Position numbers and translations under genes: made by a program
The notes under the pieces: model-generated
The model's input: only the letters and a program-made list of their open reading frames with translations
What the model was told of the DNA's origin: nothing
Database searches by the model: none
In this document: in pieces, positions 8,217 through 16,302 of the stretch
How positions within the stretch are numbered: position 1 is the first letter of the stretch
How the letters are laid out: every line of letters begins with the position of its first letter
Source of the DNA: a virus
Lineage: Duplodnaviria > Heunggongvirae > Uroviricota > Caudoviricetes
Length of the DNA: 33,871 nt
Direction: 5' to 3' (one strand)
Virus record (IMG/VR): IMGVR_UViG_2579778856_000005

Positions 8217-9367
8217 TTTTTCTTCTCCTTAATCACCGTCGATGTACTGCCATCCGGGTGATAAACCGTGAGTTTCTGAGTTTTTTGTTTTTTCCCTCTT
8301 GTGACTGGCCCCCGTGCCACTTCCAGCTCTGTGGTGTAGCCGCTGTTACGGTCAAACGCATGGCGGGCAGTGGTTATGAGCCATGGCCCGGATAACTGCC
8401 CAAAACTCACCAGTTCAATTTTGTTGCCTGCTGTCAGTTGAGGTGTTCCCGTCAGCGTCAGGGAGCCGTTCTGCTGGTATTCGTTATGTCTGGCCAGTGC
8501 TGAATCCGCTTTAATCCGGGCACTGTCCGGGTCGCTGACGCGGCTGTTAACTTTAAGTGAGTCAGCGCTGGTAACCTTACCACCTTTGAGCTTTTTGTCG
8601 CTTTCACGGGTACCACCATCAGCTTCGTAGACGATCAGTTTTTTACTGCTGCTTTTCTGGTGTTTTACCTTTGCAGATTTATAGACCCGGTTGATGGTGT
8701 CACGCAGGGAAAAGCGGGCCACATCCTGCGGTTTTAACTGCCTGACCGGCTCCTGACTGCGCAGTGTGGCCAGATGAGAAAAAATCAGCTGGTCACTGAC
8801 CACTTTCACTGCATAACCATACTCGCTGGCCAGCCGGCGCAGAAAACCCACGTCGGTTTCAGCATACTGGGTCACCCGGTCGATTCTGATGGACTCAATG
8901 CTGCCCACCAGTTTCAGCCGGTGCTTTCTGGCAATCCGCCCCGCAACAGCTGCCAGCGTGGTGTTCTCAAAACCACGACTGGTTTTAGTCCGCAGGGCAC
9001 TGTTAACCGAGGTGGCCACCCCACGGATAGAAACAACGGAAGCGGGCGAACTCACTTCGATCTCGTCTATAGAGAACGTACCGCAGGACAGCAGCTTCTC
9101 GCCCTGATAGCCCATTTTCAGCGTCAGCGTGTCACCCTTGCCCGGATACCATTTATCCAGCCAGCGGCCATCGGTGTCGTCCAGCTCCACCTCAATGGTA
9201 TCGGACTCATTTTTGATGTTATCGCTCCAGGTCACACGGGTGACATAAGGCGCGATATCAGAGGTGATGTTTTTCTGCAGATACCACAGAGTGAACACCG
9301 GTGTCAGCACATCGCTGACGCCGGTTAACGCTGATGTGACTTGCGCAGTGCTGTTTATCTCAGCCAT
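8213..9367 (-). CDS. Tail/baseplate hub protein, P2 gpD-like (Mu gp44)
   Basis: 384 aa between the X-like and V-like genes. Confidence 0.8.
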   Translation of the reverse strand: MAEINSTAQVTSALTGVSDVLTPVFTLWYLQKNITSDIAPYVTRVTWSDNIKNESDTIEVELDDTDGRWLDKWYPGKGDTLTLKMGYQGEKLLSCGTFSIDEIEVSSPASVVSIRGVATSVNSALRTKTSRGFENTTLAAVAGRIARKHRLKLVGSIESIRIDRVTQYAETDVGFLRRLASEYGYAVKVVSDQLIFSHLATLRSQEPVRQLKPQDVARFSLRDTINRVYKSAKVKHQKSSSKKLIVYEADGGTRESDKKLKGGKVTSADSLKVNSRVSDPDSARIKADSALARHNEYQQNGSLTLTGTPQLTAGNKIELVSFGQLSGPWLITTARHAFDRNSGYTTELEVARGPVTRGKKQKTQKLTVYHPDGSTSTVIKEKKK

Positions 9368-9567
9368 GGGGCAATATCCTCTTCTGTACGGGCTTCTTCA
9401 GCCTCAATCACCGGGATCAGTAACAACAGCCCGGAGGGCAGCACCGGCGTGATGGCCACGTGCGGATTGGCGGCAATAATCCGGGGATAGCCCAGCGGGT
9501 CACCGTAGTACTGCCATGCCAGCGAATCCCAGCGCTCTCCGTCACGGGTAACATGTTCAAGAAACAT
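9355..9567 (-). CDS. Tail protein X (LysM-like)
   Basis: 70 aa from the ATG (MFLEHVTRDGERWDSLAWQYYGDPLGYPRIIAANP), a P2 gpX-type LysM fold as recalled. Confidence 0.75.
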   Translation of the reverse strand: MFLEHVTRDGERWDSLAWQYYGDPLGYPRIIAANPHVAITPVLPSGLLLLIPVIEAEEARTEEDIAPWLR

Positions 9568-10451
9568 CACACACTCCTCGTCAGTATTCTGGCGGCCATT
9601 GCACTTAATCCCGGAGACATGCGGTTGAATGCTGTTCCGACGGCGTTAAGCTGCCCGGAAACGGTATCCAGAGCACCTGCAATATTTCTTTTGTCCACAC
9701 CACTCAGCGCAGACTGTGCCTGCTGTACATACGTGGCTGCTTCGCTGGCTGTTCTGGCCAGACTGATGGCATCGGGCATGGATTCAGAGAGTGCGTTAAA
9801 CGCCGGAACACTTTTCCCCAGAGCCCCGGAGATATTACCCAGTCCGCTCATCAGCCCCGGCACACGGGTCAGTGCGACAACGGGGTTATCCTTCATTTTC
9901 TGTGTCACCCGAACGGCGCTGATAGTGGTCTGGAGTACAGACTGCGCCTGTTTCGCATAGTTGACGCCGTTGCGGATGAACTGCGCCACCCCTGAAGGTG
10001 AAGGTATGGCACCGGAGACCGCCCCGACACCCGGGAGCTTCGTGCGTATTGCCGGTGGTTGCAGAGGATTTTTCGGGTCACCGGTGTATTCCCGGAGAGA
10101 CACGGTGGCACTGACAGCCAGCACGTTGCCGGTACTGTCAGTCTGCTCGCTGGTTGCAGTCACATCGGTGATCACGAACCAGCCGCGATAGTCACCGTTG
10201 CCGAAGACCAGCGCCAGTGCCTGATGGGCTTTCATGGCTGTTCGCAGTCTCGCCAGCTCCACATCGGGTACACAATAATGCTGATGGAAAACCAGAGTTA
10301 TCTGGATTTCGTCCAGCCTGTCGCCGACGAACTGCAGACCAGGCTTACCCCCGATGCGGGCATGCTCCGCATAATCGACGCCGAACGTGGCCTCGAAGCC
10401 GTCCCAGTAGGTAATCAGCTCAAACTCAATATCACCCAGTACGGCAAACAT
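9567..10451 (-). CDS. Tail protein with P2 gpU-like N-terminal domain and a long Ala/Ser-rich C-terminal extension
   Basis: 294 aa; the N-terminal ~125 aa (GKPGLQFVG..ITL..ALALVFGNGDYRGWFVITDVTATSEQ) resembles the gpU tail-terminator family. Intact only in this copy. Confidence 0.7.
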   Translation of the reverse strand: MFAVLGDIEFELITYWDGFEATFGVDYAEHARIGGKPGLQFVGDRLDEIQITLVFHQHYCVPDVELARLRTAMKAHQALALVFGNGDYRGWFVITDVTATSEQTDSTGNVLAVSATVSLREYTGDPKNPLQPPAIRTKLPGVGAVSGAIPSPSGVAQFIRNGVNYAKQAQSVLQTTISAVRVTQKMKDNPVVALTRVPGLMSGLGNISGALGKSVPAFNALSESMPDAISLARTASEAATYVQQAQSALSGVDKRNIAGALDTVSGQLNAVGTAFNRMSPGLSAMAARILTRSV

Positions 10452-13402
10452 CAGCGGTACTCCTTACGTTGTTTCTGAGCCAGCAGACGCTCCAGCATTT
10501 TTTCCAGCTCATGCAGACTCATATTCAGGGCACCAGTCAGTCCTGCAGGCGCTGTGGTTTCCCTGCCATTGAGGAAAAACTGAGGATTAAAGCTGACCTG
10601 GATACCACCAGACGTTCCACCGCCGGTTGCAGCTGCACCACGGCCTGAATATCCGGCAGCCAGGATTTCAGGCGAGGGGATACGGGGAACATCCGGTGTC
10701 ATCTCATTTGCCAGACGTTGCCCTGGTAAAATCGATGCCCGGGTGGAGAGCGGAATAGCGGGCATGGAAGACAAACTATTGATTACGGCTCCGATCGCAT
10801 TTTTAGCAGACGACATAAACCCATTGATATCGGGCAACGGCATACTGAAGCGAACACCTGAAGTGTTATCCCGTATTTCTGGCCCCTGAATGCTCACGGG
10901 CATTCTGGGGAGCAGTTCACTGGCCATTCGCTGCCCGGCCAGAGCTGCAAGCGGAGTGGTCCGCTGCAGGCCAATGGCGGCCCCCTGCGCGATATTGTCA
11001 CCAAAGCCCATAAACACGCGGCTCGGCGAATGAATGCCCAGCTTTTCGCTGAACCAGCCACTGATGCTGTCACCCATTCCGGTTACACTGGATTTGAGCG
11101 ACTCCCATTTGTTTTTGATACCGTTAATCAGACCGTCGACAAGATGGCCACCGAAGTCGGTGAACTTTGCCGGCAGATCAACACCAAGATATTTCAGCGC
11201 AGCTGCAAAGGCTTTATAGAGCAGACCTGCCGGCGACCAGTTAATCAGCAGCTTACCAGTTCCCGCGATACCGCCGTTAAAGGCTTCCTGAATGTCAGCC
11301 CAGCACTGTTTAAACCAGCTACTGATGCTGTCACCCATTCCGGTTACACTGGATTTGAGCGACCCCCATTTGTTTTTGATACCGTTAATCAGACCGTCGA
11401 TAAGATGGCCACCGAAGTCGGTGAACTTTGCCGGCAGAGCAACGCCGAAATATTTCAGCGCAGCCGCAAAGGCTTTATAGAGCAGGCCTGCCGGCGACCA
11501 GTTAATCAGCAACTTACCAATTCCCACAATGCCGCCGTTAAAGGCTTCCTGAATGTCAGCCCAGCGCTGTTTAAACCAACCACTGACAGCCCCCCAGTTG
11601 CGGTAGATAAGGTAAGCTGCTGTCGCGACAGCGGTGATAACGAGACCGATGGGATTCATCATCAGCGCTCGCCCAATCCAGAGAACGGCACGTGCAGCGC
11701 TCATAAAACCGCGAACGAGGCTGCCCGCCAGAACTTTGCTGAGTTTCAGTCCTCCGCTGGTCAGTCGGCTGAATCCAGTGACAAGCCAGCGTAATTTGCC
11801 ACCTTCTCCGAGTGCGGTAGTCAGTCGATGCCAGTTGGTCCGGAGTAAAACAGTAGTTTTCCAGACGTTCACAAAGGGGGAAATAAGGAGATTCAGCCCC
11901 AGTTTGAGACCAATAGTCGCTATCTTAATCGCAAGGAGCGCACTGATGAGCTTAAAAGCCCCACTGACAAATTGCGGGTGAGTCGCTACCCAGTGTTTTG
12001 TCCCCTGAATGAGTGGGAGCAGTTCCTGAGTCAGAGAAATAAAAGATGGAGCTAATTGATCGCCCAGCGTAATTGCCAGATCGCGACTGCTGACCATAAG
12101 TGTTTTAGTGGCTTCAAGGGGAGATTTCAGCCGCTGATCATAAGCACTGGCAAGCAAATCGTTATCCGCAGCCCTGAGAGCACCGGCACGGATCTCTCGA
12201 TATCTGTCCATGTTGGCCAGCATCGGGCGGATAAATGCCATGACCTGCATATCCGCGAACATATCGCCCAGACCAAAGTTTTTCGCCAGAGCCTGAAGTG
12301 CCTCATCTCTTGCCGTATCATTCTTTATTTTCATGGCTGATTTGAAGCCGGCCAGCGCTTCGGGGCTTTTGGCATTGAGGTAACGTTCTATAACACTCAA
12401 CATCCCTTCAATCGGAGAGATCCCCGCAGCTTTATAACTCGCAATAGATCCCTGCAAATCAATACCCAGATCAGCAAACTGTTTCTGAGTATCGCGGGCA
12501 AAAATTTTGGTAAGAAAGTTTTTAAAATTATTGGCTGCTTCGTCGGTGGAACCTGCACCGATTTTTGCTATCTGGAGACTGGCCCCGATTTCAGCAACAG
12601 CCTCTTTTCCACTGGCAATACCCGCCATCATTGGGGCCAGGGACTGCATCCACTTGACCTGATCCGGGATTTCAAATGACCCCTGGTCACCGGCATAAGC
12701 CATAATATTCTGAACGGCACCAAAATCTCTGGCCGCGCCTTTCAGGGAGTTTTGCCAGACTGCGGCCACTTTTGCCCAGTCCTGAGCAGACGTGCGTGTT
12801 GCCGTTGCCGCGCGGGCAATATCCGGCATCAGAAAACCGATATCTGACACATTATCAATATTGTCGCTGATGAGTGAACCCACCGCCTCCTGCAGCTCAT
12901 CCTGATACTGATTGTATTTAAGCGCCCAGCCTTTTATCTGTCCGGCAAGTGCATCCCGCGTTTTATTGTCATATTTTGCGGTGATCGACATATCAATCAT
13001 TTTGTCCTGAAAAGACATGGACTGCTGAACGGCAGGGGAAACCGTATGATAAACAGTCTGTGCCATGCCATACGCTTCAATCCCCTGACCATACAGCGCC
13101 ATGCGGTTAGCTTTCAGCGCATCACTGGTAGCGGATGCCGCTGACAGACGGCGCTGCTGGCGCTCAATTTGCTCCATGGTGCGGCTTACCCGCAGCAGCT
13201 CGCTGTTGAGATGCTGCATCCGGGAAGAACCCAGTTGACCATAACGTTCTGTTGCACGGGTTAAAGCGTTCTGACGTTCCTGCAGGCGGCGTGAGGTATC
13301 GCTCAGGGAATCAAGCGCACGGCGGGTACCGCTCATTGCAGAACGGAATGTGCTGCCAATCATCCCGCCGATAACAACGCCGACTGAAAACTGTCCCGAC
13401 AT
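10451..13402 (-). CDS. Tail tape measure protein (copy 1)
   Basis: 983 aa, N-terminal coiled coil, internal 86-aa tandem repeat, GGAGG RBS. Confidence 0.9.
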   Translation of the reverse strand: MSGQFSVGVVIGGMIGSTFRSAMSGTRRALDSLSDTSRRLQERQNALTRATERYGQLGSSRMQHLNSELLRVSRTMEQIERQQRRLSAASATSDALKANRMALYGQGIEAYGMAQTVYHTVSPAVQQSMSFQDKMIDMSITAKYDNKTRDALAGQIKGWALKYNQYQDELQEAVGSLISDNIDNVSDIGFLMPDIARAATATRTSAQDWAKVAAVWQNSLKGAARDFGAVQNIMAYAGDQGSFEIPDQVKWMQSLAPMMAGIASGKEAVAEIGASLQIAKIGAGSTDEAANNFKNFLTKIFARDTQKQFADLGIDLQGSIASYKAAGISPIEGMLSVIERYLNAKSPEALAGFKSAMKIKNDTARDEALQALAKNFGLGDMFADMQVMAFIRPMLANMDRYREIRAGALRAADNDLLASAYDQRLKSPLEATKTLMVSSRDLAITLGDQLAPSFISLTQELLPLIQGTKHWVATHPQFVSGAFKLISALLAIKIATIGLKLGLNLLISPFVNVWKTTVLLRTNWHRLTTALGEGGKLRWLVTGFSRLTSGGLKLSKVLAGSLVRGFMSAARAVLWIGRALMMNPIGLVITAVATAAYLIYRNWGAVSGWFKQRWADIQEAFNGGIVGIGKLLINWSPAGLLYKAFAAALKYFGVALPAKFTDFGGHLIDGLINGIKNKWGSLKSSVTGMGDSISSWFKQCWADIQEAFNGGIAGTGKLLINWSPAGLLYKAFAAALKYLGVDLPAKFTDFGGHLVDGLINGIKNKWESLKSSVTGMGDSISGWFSEKLGIHSPSRVFMGFGDNIAQGAAIGLQRTTPLAALAGQRMASELLPRMPVSIQGPEIRDNTSGVRFSMPLPDINGFMSSAKNAIGAVINSLSSMPAIPLSTRASILPGQRLANEMTPDVPRIPSPEILAAGYSGRGAAATGGGTSGGIQVSFNPQFFLNGRETTAPAGLTGALNMSLHELEKMLERLLAQKQRKEYR
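11040..11585. repeat. 258-bp in-frame tandem repeat inside the tape measure gene (two full copies plus a partial third)
   Basis: ccagc(c/t)actgatgctgtcacccattccggttacactggatttgagcga recurs at 11055 and 11313; the protein repeat is WFKQ(R/C)WADIQEAFNGG...SVTGMGDSIS. Confidence 0.8.
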
Positions 13403-13477
13403 AGTGGTTAACCTCCGGGGAAGGTGAAAAGACGTGAGGGGATAACGCAGAACAGCCGCTACTGGCGGCTGTCTGTA

Positions 13478-13895
13478 CTATGATTTGTCGCCGTACTCGC
13501 TTTTGATTTGCTCTTCAGCCTGCTCCAGCCACATCTCCAGATCGTCAGTATCGAGGGCATCAATCTCCCCCGGCTGAAACCGGAACCATCTCGCCAGCAG
13601 CCCCTGCGCCTGCGTCAGCGCCCTGGTTGCTCTCACCCATCCCCGTGATGAGCTGAAATCGTTTCTGTAACTGCAGGTAATCAGCCAGATCCATATTGTC
13701 GAGATCTTCCGGGAGAAGACCAGTACTGCGGGCAATCAGCGGTTCGTCCCAGTCTGCCGGGTTTTTGCTGATTTTGCGCACCTGCTTCAGGTCTTTTACC
13801 GTCAGGCGTTTCAGTTCAACCAGCTCAATTCTGGTGCCTGCAGCAGTGGTGAAGGGATAAGACAATTTAAAAGTATCGGATGGGGTCTGTGACAT
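13478..13895 (-). CDS. Tail assembly chaperone, putative frameshifted long form (GT / E+E' analogue)
   Basis: A second ORF (13478-13735) overlaps the 3' end of the chaperone ORF in the +1 (equivalently -2) frame and extends it by ~28 aa of plausible protein sequence (..IDALDTDDLEMWLEQAEEQIKSEYGDKS). Confidence 0.5.
13560..13895 (-). CDS. Tail assembly chaperone (lambda G / P2 E analogue), short form
   Basis: 111 aa, acidic, between tube and tape measure; AGGAG RBS. Confidence 0.8.
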   Translation of the reverse strand: MSQTPSDTFKLSYPFTTAAGTRIELVELKRLTVKDLKQVRKISKNPADWDEPLIARSTGLLPEDLDNMDLADYLQLQKRFQLITGMGESNQGADAGAGAAGEMVPVSAGGD

Positions 13896-13949
13896 GATTG
13901 TGCTCCTGTGTAAGTTCAGGGCAGTATGTCGGGAGAAGCGCGTGACGGA

Positions 13950-13990
13950 TATTAAAGGAGATTAAGAAGAAGGGGCCGGAGCCCCTGTGA
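13950..13990 (-). terminator. Putative intrinsic terminator/attenuator between tube region and chaperone
   Basis: Perfect palindrome AGGGGC-CGGA-GCCCCT (13971-13986) followed on the minus-strand transcript by a T-rich run (ttcttcttaatctccttt). Confidence 0.5.
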
Positions 13991-13992
13991 TG

Positions 13993-14274
13993 TCAGCAAG
14001 TGCGAAACCCCTTGCAGTTACGCAGGAAAGCGATGAGAAGCGTCTTTCCCTCAGATTTGCCGATGCCGGAGAACCAGTGGTCGGGAGGCTCCCATGCTTC
14101 AATCAAATCCGCCAGTTTGCGGGCCTTTGAACGTGTGCAGTCAATCGGGTCATTGGTTTTACGGGTATTAAAAAGGGTTTCCACCCCCGGAATATCAAGG
14201 AGGGTAAACCACGTACCATTTGACATGCCCAGTGCCGCACATCGTCCTCCTTTATCCGTCAGTTCAACACTCAC
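13993..14274 (-). CDS. Hypothetical small protein between tube and chaperone
   Basis: 93-codon open frame in a 380-bp gap; start codon ambiguous (GTG at 14274, or an internal ATG with a distant AAGGAGGA). Confidence 0.35.
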   Translation of the reverse strand: MSVELTDKGGRCAALGMSNGTWFTLLDIPGVETLFNTRKTNDPIDCTRSKARKLADLIEAWEPPDHWFSGIGKSEGKTLLIAFLRNCKGFRTC

Positions 14275-14276
14275 CG

Positions 14277-14798
14277 TCAGCCCCCGATATTGATACGGTA
14301 GTCAGTCAGTTGATCAACACCGCCGACCCGGAAGATGTTGGCCAGATAGTCCAGTTGCAGCAGCTCTTCACCATCCAGTACCTGTCTGATATACGTGCAG
14401 GTGAAGCTACTGGAGAACTCGGCGTTCTCGTGCTGTTTGAACGTCCCCAGCGGGTTCTTCTTGAACATAATCGTCAGGAAGGTGACCAGCGGGATTTCGT
14501 CAATCAGCCCCTGCGAGCTGTAGCGCTGGACGCTGGAACGACACTGCAGTGCCAGCGACCTGTACGGGTTCGCGGCAGACAGCATCGCATCGCGGTAAAA
14601 GCTGTTCCATTTGATTTCGCCTTCCAGCTTGTCAAAACCAGCCGGGAGTTCCACCTTACCCACCATCCCCAGCGCCTTGTGTTCCTGCATAATCATGGAG
14701 ACATCGGGGAGTTTAACTTCCTCAGCCCGTCCCAGCAGGTTAGTACCATCCAGATAGATGTTGGCATTCGTGATGCGGTTTATCTCAATCTTTGACAT
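14277..14798 (-). CDS. Tail tube protein (copy 1)
   Basis: 173 aa, ATGA overlap with the sheath stop; contractile-tail tube family by size and position. Confidence 0.9.
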   Translation of the reverse strand: MSKIEINRITNANIYLDGTNLLGRAEEVKLPDVSMIMQEHKALGMVGKVELPAGFDKLEGEIKWNSFYRDAMLSAANPYRSLALQCRSSVQRYSSQGLIDEIPLVTFLTIMFKKNPLGTFKQHENAEFSSSFTCTYIRQVLDGEELLQLDYLANIFRVGGVDQLTDYRINIGG

Positions 14799-16089
14799 CA
14801 GTTGCCCCCTTTCAGGGTTAACAGGTATTCCGAGGTGATCTCAGTCTCAAACGTCAGTCGCTCCAGCGGCGGTGGTGGCGTATATTTGTAGCTCAGCAAC
14901 AGGTGCCCGGCGGCCAGCTCCGTCTCCGGATTGCGGGCCGGATCAAACCAGCAACGGAAGCCCAGTACCGCACCATCACCAGTCATTTTGCGACCGTAGG
15001 CGTTGACCGACTCCGTCAGTGCATCAATCAGCGCCTGAGTAATCGGCATGTCGATGTACTGCTGGCTGAAATAACGAATGGACTCGTTGATCACATCACC
15101 GGTGCGGCGAACGTTCTCAAAGTTACGCATATGGGTGACCGTTGGCCATGCTGCCGTCCGGTTACCCCACAGACGAAGGCCGCTGCCGTAACTGCTGAAT
15201 ACCGTGGTGATCCCCTGTTCGTTAAGCAGGTTCACCTCACTCTGCGGGTCATCAATCATCGCGGACAGCTGGCGCTCCACGCCGGTGATCCCCAGAATCT
15301 CCTGATTGGAGGATGACCACCAGTAGCCCTTGTCCAGATCGACTCTGGCACGCAGACCTGCTGCACGCTGGCTGAGCGGCTCCAGACGCTCTGTGTTTGT
15401 CACCGGGTCATATACCTTCACATGCGGATAGCACAGACGGACGCGGTCGGAGCTGGTATTGAAGTTGATGGTGCCTTCCGGGCCACGACCTGCCAGAGCC
15501 TGTGCAAAGGTGGTACCGACAGGCGCATCAATGTAGGTTACCGCGCCCAGCTTCTCTGCCATGGCGATAAGCTCAACTGCGACACTCTTCTGGGTGCAGA
15601 ACACCGGCGCAATCAGAATTTTGGCGAAATAGCCGTACAGGTTGAAGCTGTCGTTAAGCAGCTTCATGCCGGTTCGGTTTCCGGCGCTGTTCACCCCGCC
15701 GATGATGTCCGCCGCAGTCACCTTCGACGGGTCCGCGTACTCATAGCTCACCTTCACGCTGCCACCGGCCTCAATAGCCTTGCCCAGGTTCGTGAGCACA
15801 CCCGCCTGCGCATCAACACGGTAGTCCGTGTTCGCCGTGTGGGTGGTGCTGCCTTCACTGTTTTTCACCACCACATTAGCGACAACCGGATGCGCCAGTC
15901 TGGCCTGCCCTGTCGATTTGTCAAAGGTAACCACCTCATCCTCGATCGCCGTTTTATGTTTCGCCGGGTCGAGGACGTTAATGACCAGAACGGTGCCTGC
16001 ACCATGGTCATAAATCGCATCCAGCGCCTGCGGAATGGTAAAGCCGGTGAACTGGCTGCCAAATGCCGCTGCGTCTTTCTCAGACAGGC
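14798..16089 (-). pseudogene. Tail sheath protein, 5'-truncated fragment (lacks ~45 N-terminal codons)
   Basis: Matches the intact sheath at 20649-22076 up to the duplication junction at 16089, then reads into out-of-frame U-derived sequence. Confidence 0.8.
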
Positions 16090-16302
16090 TGTTCGCAGTC
16101 TCGCCAGCTCCACATCGGGTACACAATAATGCTGATGGAAAACCAGAGTTATCTGGATTTCGTCCAGCCTGTCGCCGACGAACTGCAGACCAGGCTTACC
16201 CCCGATGCGGGCATGCTCCGCATAATCGACGCCGAACGTGGCCTCGAAGCCGTCCCAGTAGGTAATCAGCTCAAACTCAATATCACCCAGTACGGCAAAC
16301 AT
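16090..16302 (-). pseudogene. gpU-like tail protein, 3'-truncated fragment (first 71 codons)
   Basis: Identical to the N-terminus of the 9567-10451 protein (MFAVLGDIEFELITYWDGFEATFGVDYAEHARIGGKPGLQFVG...) then fused out of frame to sheath antisense sequence. Confidence 0.8.

Larger units (their letters stand above)
10239..16089. repeat. Tandem duplication, copy 1 (5,851 bp)
   Basis: Near-identical to 16090-21940 at a constant offset of 5,851 bp. Left boundary lies inside the U-like gene, right boundary inside the sheath gene. Confidence 0.9.

Noticed and set aside
13403-13477. 8-bp stem hairpin (ACAGCCGC-TACTG-GCGGCTGT, 13452-13472) between the chaperone extension and the tape measure start
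   Set aside because: Not followed by a U-run on the transcript and sits just upstream of a good GGAGG RBS; could be a minor structural element but not enough to call a terminator or regulator.
14000-14293. 97-aa plus-strand ORF in the tube-chaperone gap
   Set aside because: Antisense to the minus-strand small ORF and hairpin, Arg/Ser-rich, no start signals; the minus-strand reading is at least co-oriented with the operon.
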